In this document: piece after piece, positions 36,640 through 45,824 of the stretch | Layout: every line of letters begins with the position of its first letter | Numbering within the stretch: the stretch's first letter is position 1 | Source: Candidatus Uhrbacteria bacterium GW2011_GWC2_41_11 | GTDB lineage: Bacteria; Patescibacteriota; Patescibacteriia; UBA9934; GWF2-40-263 | Assembly (NCBI GenBank): GCA_000996355.1 | Contig: LCAH01000001.1 | Span: forward strand, 85,958-149,957 | Reading direction: 5' to 3' | DNA length: 64,000 nt | The notes under the pieces: generated by a model | What the model saw: only the letters and a program-made list of their open reading frames with translations | Told to the model about the DNA's origin: nothing | Databases searched by the model: none | Position numbers and translations under genes: made by a program

Positions 36640-37872
36640 ATGGATGATCTTAAACAACAACGAACCATTTTATTTATTTTTCTTTCCCTCGCTGGAGTTG
36701 TTGGTCTACTTACGGGAGCTGTTGGGGGAGCGCTCTCCGTGCTTTCTCTTTCTGATTCAGCCTGGTTACGGGAAAAAATAAAATTTGAATCAACCACAGA
36801 ACAGCAAATCGTCAATCTCATGCAAGAAGAATCGGCAACGATTGATGTGGTTGAACATGTGACTCCTGCGGTTGTGAGCATTATCGTTAAAAAACGATTA
36901 AGTGATCTTCCAACAGCAACATTTCCTTTTTTAGATGATGTTTCTTTTTTCTCTTCGTCAAAAGGTTCAATCTCTGAATCGGATCCATTGGTGGAGATTG
37001 GGGGAGGAACAGGATTTTTTATTACGACTGACGGTTTGCTTGTCACAAATAGACATGTCGTGGAAGATGAAAAGGCTCAATACACCGTGATGACAAATGA
37101 TGGAAAAGAATATGTGGCTGAGATTGTCGATCTTGATCCTTTTTATGATATTGCAGTGCTCAAAGTTTTGAATCAAACATTTCCTACGGTTGTGTTCGGT
37201 CACGCAGATTCGATTCGTATCGGACAAACCGTTATTGCCATTGGAAATACCTTGTCCGAATATCGCAATACTGTCACAAAAGGTGTTGTCTCTGGTATAA
37301 ACCGCCGTGTTTCTGCGTATGATTTTACCCGAGGGGGAGAAATTATCGAGGGGGCAATTCAGACAGATGCCGCGATCAATCCAGGAAATTCCGGTGGTCC
37401 TCTTATCAATCTGAAAGGAGAAGTTATTGGGATGAATACAGCGATCAGTGCAGAAGGAGAAGGAGTCGGGTTTGCGATTCCTATTGAGGAAGTGAAACAG
37501 GTTGTCATTTCTGTGGAACGTTTTGGTCACATCGTGAGACCGTGGCTTGGGGTGCGATTTGTGATGGTGACAGAAACAATGGCAGAAGAACAACATCTTC
37601 CTGTGGATCAAGGGGCATGGCTTGTTCCAGACGAGAAAACGAGTGATCCCGCAGTGATTCCAAAAAGTCCAGCTGACATTGCAGGATTGAAAAGCGGAGA
37701 TATTATTTTGCGGGTAAACGAAAAAGAACTTGACGAAGAATATACGCTTGCAGATGCGATTCGAACACTTGAAGCTGGAGATGCTGTTATGATTACCGTT
37801 CAACGTGGAGAAGAAATATTTGATGTACAGGTGACATTGACGGAATTTATTGATGAGGAACAAAAATTATGA
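36640..37872 (+). CDS. HtrA/DegP-like serine protease with PDZ domain
   Basis: GTGFF, TNRHVV, DIAVLK, IQTDAAINPGNSGGPL, PWLGV, C-terminal PDZ. Confidence 0.96.
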   Translation: MDDLKQQRTILFIFLSLAGVVGLLTGAVGGALSVLSLSDSAWLREKIKFESTTEQQIVNLMQEESATIDVVEHVTPAVVSIIVKKRLSDLPTATFPFLDDVSFFSSSKGSISESDPLVEIGGGTGFFITTDGLLVTNRHVVEDEKAQYTVMTNDGKEYVAEIVDLDPFYDIAVLKVLNQTFPTVVFGHADSIRIGQTVIAIGNTLSEYRNTVTKGVVSGINRRVSAYDFTRGGEIIEGAIQTDAAINPGNSGGPLINLKGEVIGMNTAISAEGEGVGFAIPIEEVKQVVISVERFGHIVRPWLGVRFVMVTETMAEEQHLPVDQGAWLVPDEKTSDPAVIPKSPADIAGLKSGDIILRVNEKELDEEYTLADAIRTLEAGDAVMITVQRGEEIFDVQVTLTEFIDEEQKL

Positions 37873-39293
37873 CAAAAGAATCTTTTTCCAAAAGAACAAA
37901 AATTGTTTGCACTATTGGACCTTCCAGTCGAGATGTTACAACGTTGCGTGCCATGATTCGAGCAGGAATGAATGTGGCACGTCTGAACTTTTCTCATGGA
38001 ACTTACACGCAGCACAAAATATTGATGAGTCATATTCTGACAGCCGGAAAAAAAGAAGGAGAGCCTGTCGCGTTGCTTCAGGATTTACAGGGACCAAAAA
38101 TCCGTTTGGGTAATGTCCCAGATGAAGGAGTTATTTTGGAAACCGGAAAGACCGTGATCCTTCAAACAGAAACAGATCATTTTGTTGCAGGAGAGATTCC
38201 TGTGTTTCCTATAACCTATTCTCACTTACACAAAGATCTTTCTGTTAGTGATCGCATTTTGATTGATGACGGGTTGTTGGAGTTAAAAACGATCCGTATT
38301 TCTGATAAACGTATTCGTGCGGAAGTTGTCCATGGAGGTCGAGTCACATCGCACAAAGGAATGAATTTTCCAGACTCGACTTTGTCTATTTCTTCTTTAA
38401 CAGAAAAAGATCGAGAAGATTTAAAATTCGGTATGCAACAGGGTGTGGATTGGGTTGCTCTTTCTTTTGTGACGTCAGCAAAAGATATTGTCTTGTTGCG
38501 TCGACTGTTAAAACAAGCGGCTCGTCCAGGGCAAAAAATTCCTCACATTTTAGCAAAAATTGAGAAGCACGAAGCCATTACTCATTTTGAAGAAATTTTG
38601 CAAGAAGTAGATGGTATTATGGTTGCGCGTGGGGATCTTGGAATGGAAATTCCAGCGGAAGAAGTTCCGTTACGGCAAAAGGAAATAGTAGAACGATGTA
38701 GACAAGTGGGAAAACCAGTGATTGTTGCAACGCAGATGCTTGATTCCATGATACGTAATCCACGGCCAACACGTGCCGAGGTTTCCGATGCGGCCAATGC
38801 GGTGATTGATCATGCGGATGCGGTCATGCTCTCCGGAGAATCTGCAACTGGTTCTTATCCGGTTGAGGCCGTTGAGATACTTGCGCGTATTGCAGTGACA
38901 ACTGAATCTTCTCCTCTTGATGATCTTCCAGATTGTGAAGATGCAGATACCCCTATGTTTGAGGCTGTGATGAGTCATTTGTTTCGATTGCTTTCCGTTC
39001 ATCATTATATTCACGGGATTGTTGCGTCTCCATCCCTTACTCTTGGATGTGAACGTCTTGGAATTTCTCGACCTCAAATTCCTTTGTTTCTAGCCTCGAG
39101 TGATCCTCAAGAAGTGCGACAACTGTGTCTTCGTTGGGGAGTACGTCCATTTTTGATGAAAGAGACGTCACCAGATTTATTTGGAAAACATGCAGTTCAA
39201 CAGTTGCGGAAACTTCAACTTGTTCGTTCAGGAATGCGTATTGCTGTTGTGCATCCGGGTCCGTTTCCAGGATTTGATTTTTTAACTGTTTAA
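37869..39293 (+). CDS. pyk: Pyruvate kinase
   Basis: RTKIVCTIGP, RLNFSHG, DLQGPKIR, AKIEK, MVARGDLG, ATQMLDSM..NPRPTRAE. Confidence 0.98.
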   Translation: MTKESFSKRTKIVCTIGPSSRDVTTLRAMIRAGMNVARLNFSHGTYTQHKILMSHILTAGKKEGEPVALLQDLQGPKIRLGNVPDEGVILETGKTVILQTETDHFVAGEIPVFPITYSHLHKDLSVSDRILIDDGLLELKTIRISDKRIRAEVVHGGRVTSHKGMNFPDSTLSISSLTEKDREDLKFGMQQGVDWVALSFVTSAKDIVLLRRLLKQAARPGQKIPHILAKIEKHEAITHFEEILQEVDGIMVARGDLGMEIPAEEVPLRQKEIVERCRQVGKPVIVATQMLDSMIRNPRPTRAEVSDAANAVIDHADAVMLSGESATGSYPVEAVEILARIAVTTESSPLDDLPDCEDADTPMFEAVMSHLFRLLSVHHYIHGIVASPSLTLGCERLGISRPQIPLFLASSDPQEVRQLCLRWGVRPFLMKETSPDLFGKHAVQQLRKLQLVRSGMRIAVVHPGPFPGFDFLTV

Positions 39294-39318
39294 GAGAAGA
39301 AATTATCTTCTGCTTCCT

Positions 39319-39528
39319 ATGGATGATTCACTTCTTTTTACTGGAAAAGCACCAGAACAAATCGTGAAGGAAGCTGTTCAAATTGTTGATCGTCTTCATC
39401 AAGATTTGCGGCAAGTGGAAGAGGAACGCAGACAACGGATGTTTCAAATTATCGAGGAAGGAGAACAACGAGCTGTGGCAAAATTATGGAAACGGATCGA
39501 ACGTTTGTTTGGCCTTGTTACAAGATAA
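39319..39528 (+). CDS. Small hypothetical coiled-coil protein
   Basis: 69-aa ORF filling the gap, co-oriented, helical charge pattern. Confidence 0.6.
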   Translation: MDDSLLFTGKAPEQIVKEAVQIVDRLHQDLRQVEEERRQRMFQIIEEGEQRAVAKLWKRIERLFGLVTR

Positions 39529-39536
39529 TTTTTTCT

Positions 39537-40046
39537 ATGGATGAAGATATTCAAAATCAAAAAGAACAAGAAATCGAAAGAGGGGAAGTGACACAAGAAC
39601 AGGAAGCAGAAGTTCGTGCAGACTTTAAAGATACACGTGAAGCAGAAGTGTTTTATAAAAACATTTTAGAGAGAGAAAAAAAACGTGGCAGTTCTCATGA
39701 AGAAGCATCTCGTATTGCTTTACGCGAAACACTTACACAATTGTCCAAACTTATGGATCGTCGAACAATACGTGCGGTTCGATCCATCCAAACAGGTTCA
39801 GAAATTGTTTCTAGTGCCCTTAGTCGCATCCGTGAGGAAGACGCACCCGGATTGAAACATTTTACAGCTGAGACCCTTGAGGCAATGAGGCAAGCAAAGG
39901 AACGAACACAAGCAGCTAGACAACAAATAGGAGGATTGATTGAGGTTGTTTCAGGTGGCTCTGAACCAAGATCCGAAGAAACGCAAGCTGAAATGATAAA
40001 AATTCGAAAAGAAATAGAAGAAGGAAGAAAAAAAGAATCTGTTTAA
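39537..40046 (+). CDS. Hypothetical Glu-rich coiled-coil protein
   Basis: ORF starting MDEDIQ; highly charged. Confidence 0.7.
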   Translation: MDEDIQNQKEQEIERGEVTQEQEAEVRADFKDTREAEVFYKNILEREKKRGSSHEEASRIALRETLTQLSKLMDRRTIRAVRSIQTGSEIVSSALSRIREEDAPGLKHFTAETLEAMRQAKERTQAARQQIGGLIEVVSGGSEPRSEETQAEMIKIRKEIEEGRKKESV

Positions 40047-40064
40047 ATATTTCTATACGAGGGC

Positions 40065-40093
40065 TTGCAGGAAAAAAGACCCACTGGTATCAT
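40065..40093 (+). promoter_or_regulatory. tRNA-Asp promoter
   Basis: TTGCAG-17 nt-TATCAT. Confidence 0.6.
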
Positions 40094-40121
40094 AATCGCC
40101 GTTCCCATTTGGGACATTCGC

Positions 40122-40199
40122 GGATCGGTGGTGTAGCCCGGTTAACACGTCTCCCTGTCACGGAGAAGATCGAGGGTTCGAATCCCTTCCGGTCCGCCA
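40122..40199 (+). tRNA. tRNA-Asp (GTC)
   Basis: GGATCGG/CCGGTCC acceptor stem, anticodon arm TCTCC-CTGTCAC-GGAGA, GGTTCGAATCC, G73, CCA. Confidence 0.96.
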
Positions 40200-40250
40200 G
40201 GACTATTCAGTATCGTGCAACCCGAGTGGCTGCAAAAGATAATGGAAAGT

Positions 40251-40291
40251 CCAAACCCACAAAATCGCCTTAGGGGCGATTTTGTGTTTGG
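40251..40291. terminator. Hairpin terminator between tRNA-Asp and convergent ddl
   Basis: CACAAAATCGCC...GGCGATTTTGTG. Confidence 0.8.
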
Positions 40292-40392
40292 GGTGAGTGT
40301 AAGTTCCTTTGAAAGTGAACTGGTTTGTTTTAGTTGTTTTTCGTTTATTTCATTACCTTACCTTGGTACTCTCTTTAGCATACCTTTGAAAT

Positions 40393-41541
40393 CTACAGAC
40401 TTTTGAGCAATGAAGATTCAAAGGTCCGAACAACCTTTTGGTCTTTTGCGAAACGCTCCTCTGCTAATTGGATGAGTTTTTGAATGAGATCGACATTCGA
40501 TACGCCAGAAGCTTTCCAATTATGGTGGTAGAGGCTGCCGGGGAGTGTATTTACCTCATTCACGAATACCTGATTCGTCTTCGAGTCGATCAAAAAGTCA
40601 ACGCGAGCAATACCGGTACAGCCCAAAACTTTGTACACCGCTTTACCAAGCTTCAAGACTTCCTTGGAGAGATCTGGAGGGATGTTTGCAGGTATCTCGC
40701 TATAGTTATTATTCACGCCCGAATCAGATCCTTTCTTGCCACCCGACAGATATTTATCTTCAAAGTTGAAAAACTCAGTCTTGTTGAGTGGGCGTTCGAT
40801 GGAAGCTGGCGTCAATATATCGTTACCCATGATTGGAAGCGTGACTTCAATAAGATTCTCAACGCTTTCTTCGACGAGCACTTTATTATCATAGTGAGAT
40901 GCGACTTCGAGCGCTTGCTCTAATTCTGACCGATCCTTAACTTTTGTGATCGCAATAGAGGAGCCGAGATGTACGGGCTTCACGAAGAGAGGCCATTGTA
41001 GCACGCTGGCACGCTCTATAAAGCCCTTTCTATCCTTCTCCCAGACATTTTGTGTGAGCCACTCGTAACGCACAACTGGTAAACCAGCCGCAGACACCAC
41101 TTGCTTTGTTAAAACTTTGTCCATCGCAACTGCAGAAGCGGCCATGTCGCAGCCTACGAAAGGTACATTCGCCATGCGAAGAATACCCATCAAGCTTCCA
41201 TCTTCTCCATATGTGCCGTGCATAGCGGGAAAGACCAGATCAATGTCGATCTTTTTTGAAACCATTCCAGAGAGGACAATAGAAAATTTCTCCCCAATAG
41301 AAAGTTGGAGTGGCTTCAGCTTTGTGAACTTGTCTTGAATATCGCCCTTAAAATAGTCCATGTAGTTCATCTGCTTTTCTGAATACCAGAGCCCTTCTTT
41401 TGTAATGTAGATTGGAATTACCTCGTACTCATCTAATGTGAGAAGTGTGTCGATAATTGGAGTATGAGCGGTGATGATTGAAACATCATGCTCCGCGCTT
41501 TTTCCGCCAAAAATGACGGCAATTGTTTTTTTGTTCTTCAT
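40393..41541 (-). CDS. ddl: D-alanine--D-alanine ligase
   Basis: FGGKSAEHDVS, HGTYGEDG, MDK, FVKP..LGSS, ARVDF, NEVNTLPG; start at MKNKKTI. Confidence 0.95.
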   Translation of the reverse strand: MKNKKTIAVIFGGKSAEHDVSIITAHTPIIDTLLTLDEYEVIPIYITKEGLWYSEKQMNYMDYFKGDIQDKFTKLKPLQLSIGEKFSIVLSGMVSKKIDIDLVFPAMHGTYGEDGSLMGILRMANVPFVGCDMAASAVAMDKVLTKQVVSAAGLPVVRYEWLTQNVWEKDRKGFIERASVLQWPLFVKPVHLGSSIAITKVKDRSELEQALEVASHYDNKVLVEESVENLIEVTLPIMGNDILTPASIERPLNKTEFFNFEDKYLSGGKKGSDSGVNNNYSEIPANIPPDLSKEVLKLGKAVYKVLGCTGIARVDFLIDSKTNQVFVNEVNTLPGSLYHHNWKASGVSNVDLIQKLIQLAEERFAKDQKVVRTFESSLLKSL

Positions 41542-41551
41542 AGTTTTGTTA

Positions 41552-42979
41552 TTAGATATATTGATCTGGCCAGTCGTTCTGCAAGAGAACAATGTCGCCT
41601 TTTACTGTAATGCGAGGTAAGGCGGCGAACGATTTCAAGGCCTCGTCAAACCAGATAACCTCCCCTTCATATTTTTCTTCATACAGTCCTTCCTCGATGA
41701 ACGGAGTCACGGAATTTTTAACAAGTACAACTTTTTCGATTTGAGCTCTGGCTAACTCTCTCCCAATTTCACGGTGCACTTCTTCCTTCTTGGAGCCCAT
41801 TTCAACTAAGCCCGGTGTTACATAGAAGCGTCGTCCATTTAGTGATGCGAGAAATGCAATAACCGCCTTAACGCCATCTGGATTACCGTTATAGCTGTCA
41901 TCAAGCGTTGTTACGCCATTTCTATCTACGCTTGGAGCAAGACGATGATCAAAAGGCTTTGTCTTCAACGTTCCTGCACGGATATGAGAAGGGGTGGAAC
42001 CCAATCGCCTTGCAAGATCTGCGGAAAGGGCAAGAGGTCCGATCTGGTGCAGGCCCAACAGCGAGGATCGTATTTCCATCGGAACGTTGTTCTTCTCCAT
42101 AACAAACGACGTCCCAGAAAGATCTGAATGTGCGTTCTCCATGCGCCAACTGTTAACGCCTTCACGGCTATACATGATGTGGTTCGGGCGTGCATGGTCG
42201 CGAGCCAATATACTCTCACCGTTTACGTATAAAGGTTTATCGCCGAGGAAATCAGCAAGTTCATAAATTGTCTGTACCGTTTTTTCAATAGTCTTAAATT
42301 TTTGGAGATGTGCTTCGTTGATGCCGGTAATGATTCCAATATCCGGGTTGATCAATTTACATAACCTTTTTACATCGCCGGGATAGTATTCTCCCAACTC
42401 AAAGATAAGCACCTCCTCGTTGCCTCGTAACGTTTTGATAAATTTACTGATGCCAAGTGGCGTATTATAGCTATGTGGTGGGGCAGCGACTTCTTTATCT
42501 TCCGATAGGACCGTTTTCAAAATTTCGCGCATGGACGTCTTTCCGTAACTCCCGGCGATAGCAATCTTTACTCCATGATGTTCTGCGAGCTTTTTCTTTG
42601 CAAAATAAATGATGACGAATTCGATTGGTTTCTGGACAAGCAATTGAATTATTGTGAGAGGTGCAAGGATGAGGTAACTAAGTAAGATGGGGGACAAAAT
42701 AATAATCGCGGCGCCCAGTACATGCCTAAAGGGTAGATTGGTGGCGATTATGAGCCAAAGACCAGATGAAGCAATGCTAATCAATAACATCAGGCCGACA
42801 AATACAAGTAAGACCGTTTTTGCGGACCATTTTATCTGTTTACGCTTTTCAACAAAGCGAAAATCTTTGACATCATGAAGCCATGCAAGATAATCTTGCG
42901 CCTTGTATTCGCTTGCTTGGAGCATATAGACCAAAGAACGAATATATCGAGGATGGAATCTTGAAAAAAATAGCCTCAT
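41552..42979 (-). CDS. murF: MurF-type Mur ligase with N-terminal membrane helices
   Basis: IAGSYGKTS, SYNTPLG, FELG, ITGINEAHL, DDSYNGNPDG, TPGLVEMG, C-terminal L.NDWPD.Y. Confidence 0.9.
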   Translation of the reverse strand: MRLFFSRFHPRYIRSLVYMLQASEYKAQDYLAWLHDVKDFRFVEKRKQIKWSAKTVLLVFVGLMLLISIASSGLWLIIATNLPFRHVLGAAIIILSPILLSYLILAPLTIIQLLVQKPIEFVIIYFAKKKLAEHHGVKIAIAGSYGKTSMREILKTVLSEDKEVAAPPHSYNTPLGISKFIKTLRGNEEVLIFELGEYYPGDVKRLCKLINPDIGIITGINEAHLQKFKTIEKTVQTIYELADFLGDKPLYVNGESILARDHARPNHIMYSREGVNSWRMENAHSDLSGTSFVMEKNNVPMEIRSSLLGLHQIGPLALSADLARRLGSTPSHIRAGTLKTKPFDHRLAPSVDRNGVTTLDDSYNGNPDGVKAVIAFLASLNGRRFYVTPGLVEMGSKKEEVHREIGRELARAQIEKVVLVKNSVTPFIEEGLYEEKYEGEVIWFDEALKSFAALPRITVKGDIVLLQNDWPDQYI

Positions 42980-43725
42980 ACAAAAGCGTTTATTAGTTTA
43001 GCTACACGCTTTGCATCAGATACAAATACAAAATGATCAGCACCCCCTATTATTTTGAGTTGGGAGTTTTGAATGCAGTTATTTAGCGTTCTCGCGTCAG
43101 CAAGTGGCGTCTGTTGATCCTGATCACCCCAGATGAGAAGCGTTGGGAGTGTGAGCTTGCTCGCATCATCCCTTAAATCTTCGCTCACGACTTTTACAAA
43201 CGTATCTTTCAAGTTACCTGCGTTGCGGTAGTCTTCACTACCTACTGTTCGTGTAGCGTAGTTTTTTAATCGTTTTCGTATCGATGCCACAGGGATGATG
43301 GAGATAGCCATCTTGCCGATCTTGATCACCAAAGAAATGCAATGATGAAAGAATGTTTTTTGCGATACGCCTGCTGCGCCAATGAGTACAAGTTTCTTCG
43401 GGAGTAAGATCGCTGTTGCTATTGCCTTTATAGCAACTCGACCTCCAAAAGAATGAGCAATAATAGTATCAATTTCAGAAATGTTGAGTTTTTTAAGAAA
43501 TGACGCGAGGAACTGAGCGTAGTCGACAACTCCCCACGGATTGGGTGGAGTTTCACTTTTTCCAAACCCCGGAAACGAAAGTGAGACGAATCTCTTATTT
43601 TTCAGCTCACGTACGAGTGGATCAAAAGAAAACGCATTACCACCCCAGCCATGGAGCAATAATACGACCGGTCCAGAACCGGTATCTTTGTATTCAGTAT
43701 CGATGTCGTCAACAATGATCTGCAT
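42976..43725 (-). CDS. Alpha/beta hydrolase
   Basis: LHGWG, PGFG.S, AHSFGG nucleophile elbow, WG..D, GADHF; 4-bp overlap with murF. Confidence 0.93.
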   Translation of the reverse strand: MQIIVDDIDTEYKDTGSGPVVLLLHGWGGNAFSFDPLVRELKNKRFVSLSFPGFGKSETPPNPWGVVDYAQFLASFLKKLNISEIDTIIAHSFGGRVAIKAIATAILLPKKLVLIGAAGVSQKTFFHHCISLVIKIGKMAISIIPVASIRKRLKNYATRTVGSEDYRNAGNLKDTFVKVVSEDLRDDASKLTLPTLLIWGDQDQQTPLADARTLNNCIQNSQLKIIGGADHFVFVSDAKRVAKLINAFV

Positions 43726-43765
43726 GTAAGCGGTCTTGATGACGACATGTGGTGACCATCAAGTT

Positions 43766-44545
43766 TTATGAATTTTCTCTGAACCGTTGCCAGATTTGTT
43801 CGAACATCCAGCGCTGTGCGCTTGCAAATTCTTTCGATCGCACGATAAAGCCAATGATCCCTGTCTTTTCGTTAAATGAGAGCATGGCAATTTTGTCGCC
43901 AAAAATATATGTCTCATTTTCAAAGGGTGCTTTCCCCTTAACGATTCGCGTTTCACGCCTGCTCGTTTTATCAGCTTTTTGGATGTTTCGGGCTTCTGGT
44001 GAATCTGTCGCAATCAGACGAAGGGTGATGTTTTGCGCGACGCGACGTTGAATAAAGGCGTCGTGATATTCTCGAGAGAACACACGATCTTCTTCTTCGA
44101 AGTTCGACATGAGAAGAAGCTCAAAGTCAGAACCGGAAAGAATATCTTCCGTAATCTGATGTAACCCTTCAATGCCGGTGAATGTCTGAAGCACAGGACG
44201 GTCGTTACGACTCCCATATTGAGCAAGGAGTTCCGGCATGGATTCTTGGATAGATTCCACCTGCCGACGCATTCGTCGGATCTCTGTTCGCAACCTAGCA
44301 ATGATTGCTTTTGGTTCACGCGTCCAAATGATCTTGCGATTGCCCATATTCTCCTCGTCCATGAGACCAAGCTCCTGAAGTTGCTGATAGGCGGCATAAG
44401 CAGACGAACGATCCATCTTTGTTGCCTTTGCAATTTGTCCTACAGAAGAACGTCCAAGTTTATAGCTGGCAAGGAAAAAAGTGATCGCGTTTGGACTTAC
44501 ACGAAGATTTTCCAAAGAAGATTTAATACTTGTGAGCTCGGCCAT
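43766..44545 (-). CDS. TrmB-family transcriptional regulator (wHTH + PLD-like sensor)
   Basis: LG.SSVGQIAKATKMDRSSAY...L.E.GL, P....F.G.EG, I.GDKIA, I.S...A....FE..W. Confidence 0.88.
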   Translation of the reverse strand: MAELTSIKSSLENLRVSPNAITFFLASYKLGRSSVGQIAKATKMDRSSAYAAYQQLQELGLMDEENMGNRKIIWTREPKAIIARLRTEIRRMRRQVESIQESMPELLAQYGSRNDRPVLQTFTGIEGLHQITEDILSGSDFELLLMSNFEEEDRVFSREYHDAFIQRRVAQNITLRLIATDSPEARNIQKADKTSRRETRIVKGKAPFENETYIFGDKIAMLSFNEKTGIIGFIVRSKEFASAQRWMFEQIWQRFRENS

Positions 44546-44606
44546 ATAATAGCGTTAGGAGTTTCTTTGTAGAAATAAATCAGACGATTTCGTTATAATA
44601 CTAGAA

Positions 44607-44662
44607 AAACTACTGTATTTAGTGAGAAAAGTCAATCTACTAGTGTAGTAGATAGTTCTACA
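44607..44662 (-). promoter_or_regulatory. Promoter and palindromic operator(s) of the island TrmB operon
   Basis: Minus strand TTGACT-17 nt-TAGTTT; adjacent inverted repeats ATCTACTA-GTG-TAGTAGAT and TGTAGTAGA-TAGT-TCTACAACA. Confidence 0.6.
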
Positions 44663-44745
44663 ACAATATTACATGGGTTTGCGCATCCGAAATACACGGA
44701 TTTTGTAATTTTTCATTGTTGATAATCCTCCAAGAGCCTCACAAC

Positions 44746-44841
44746 TCAAACTTCGTAAACCAGCTTACTTTTCAGGTTCCCAAGTAGGAATCGTTTTTCC
44801 GTGACGCTGCCTTCTTTGAGTAGGTACTTCGCATACTCCAT
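44746..44841 (-). pseudogene. Probable C-terminal remnant of a CPR-type large serine recombinase
   Basis: Manual translation MEYAKYLLKEGSVTEKRFLLGNLKSKLVYEV*, which resembles (from recall, not searched) the YAKY.L.EG...EKR.LL..LKSK tail of Parcubacteria recombinase-family proteins. Confidence 0.5.
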
Positions 44842-45003
44842 GTTATTTTAGAATTCAACCCTTCCTTTTTAACTACTGTCTCATTTTATCTCAAATCTCT
44901 CAAAAAGACCCCGACCCACTCGCCTCAAATCGCCCCAAAAATAACCGTCGAAAAACCCTTGAAATACCCCTGGTTTTTTGGTTCATAACTCATGCGTCCC
45001 GCC

Positions 45004-45036
45004 ACATAAAAGCGACCCACGTGGTCGTTTTTATGT
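45004..45036 (+). terminator. Intrinsic terminator following a tRNA-end-like GTCCCGCCA
   Basis: ACATAAAAGCGACC-CACGT-GGTCGTTTTTATGT. Confidence 0.75.
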
Positions 45037-45100
45037 TTAACCAAAGCTTTCTTTTAGATGAGCTTCATGGTACAGTTTTCTTAATTGACTTCAGTCGATT

Positions 45101-45640
45101 ATGTGTTCGATTCAACGATTTTTCCTCGGTTTAAGCCTGATGGGTGCGTTGTGTGGGTTGCTCGTCAATGCCACGCCCACTTTCGCCTGTTCTTGTGTTC
45201 GAGCGACGTCGACTGAACAGTTTAATGATGCGACGACGGTTTTTGTTGGAAGAGTAAAAAGTATTTCCGAAGATAGTAGTTCTCGATCCGTCGACTTTAA
45301 TGTGAGTGAATCGCAGAAAGGTTCGGTCGCTGAAAACGTAACCGTGACGACCGGCTTGGGCGGTGGTGATTGCGGTTTCGATTTTGAAGTAGGTCATGAG
45401 TACATGGTCTACACCCGTGGACAAGAACAGCTTAGCACGAATATCTGCGTCGGAACCTCTTTCATTGCAAGTACTCAGGACGGCAATAGAGAAGATGACG
45501 CTGCGAGCAATCCCGAAGTATCGACTATAGAGTTGGACACCGAAGATAATTCCGTCGGTTCTTTCGTTATTATCGTGCTCATTTGCTTTTGCTTAGGTGC
45601 ATTGGTGGTGTATCTAATAGGACGTAAGAAGACCAGATAG
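45101..45640 (+). CDS. Exported TIMP/NTR-fold-like protein with C-terminal membrane anchor
   Basis: Signal peptide ending TFA then CSC; VFVGRV; GGGDCGFDFEVGHEYMVY; TNIC; C-terminal TM plus basic tail. Confidence 0.75.
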   Translation: MCSIQRFFLGLSLMGALCGLLVNATPTFACSCVRATSTEQFNDATTVFVGRVKSISEDSSSRSVDFNVSESQKGSVAENVTVTTGLGGGDCGFDFEVGHEYMVYTRGQEQLSTNICVGTSFIASTQDGNREDDAASNPEVSTIELDTEDNSVGSFVIIVLICFCLGALVVYLIGRKKTR

Positions 45641-45702
45641 TTATGGAATAAGAGTCCCTCCACATGCCTCAAAATCATCCAGACAGAAATTGCATAAACT
45701 CC

Positions 45703-45722
45703 TTCGAGTCCCGTCCGTTCCG
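45703..45722 (+). repeat. tRNA-Asp 3'-end fragment (att-like direct repeat)
   Basis: TTCGAGTCCCGTCCGTTCCG versus the resident tRNA TTCGAATCCCTTCCGGTCCG (40177-40196); 17/20 identical; followed by a terminator-like hairpin. Confidence 0.75.
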
Positions 45723-45824
45723 TTGTAAAAAACTCAGTTCACGCTGATTTTTTTGTATAAACAACAAACCCCGCGTCGAACGACGGTTAACCCGAGTAGG
45801 GTTTGTCGTTTCGCGCAGGGTGAA

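Larger units (their letters stand above)
40200..45722. mobile_element. Decayed genomic island/islets integrated at tRNA-Asp
   Basis: Starts at the tRNA-Asp 3' end and ends at a 17/20 direct repeat of that end (45703-45722); contains a probable recombinase remnant and accessory genes. Confidence 0.65.

Noticed and set aside
36967-37863. 298-aa minus-strand ORF, and similar long antisense ORFs over ftsZ, dprA, the giant gene and 11105-11752
   Set aside because: They lie fully opposite well-supported genes and have no recognisable motifs
40393-41541. Island Ddl as a vancomycin-resistance D-Ala-D-Lac ligase
   Set aside because: The omega-loop reads FFNFEDKY, keeping the Tyr after Lys typical of D-Ala-D-Ala ligases, and no vanH/vanX/vanRS-like genes are adjacent
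44670-44745. HNH nuclease remnant (LGGLSTMKN.. on the minus strand)
   Set aside because: Too short and needs a frameshift; cannot be distinguished from chance
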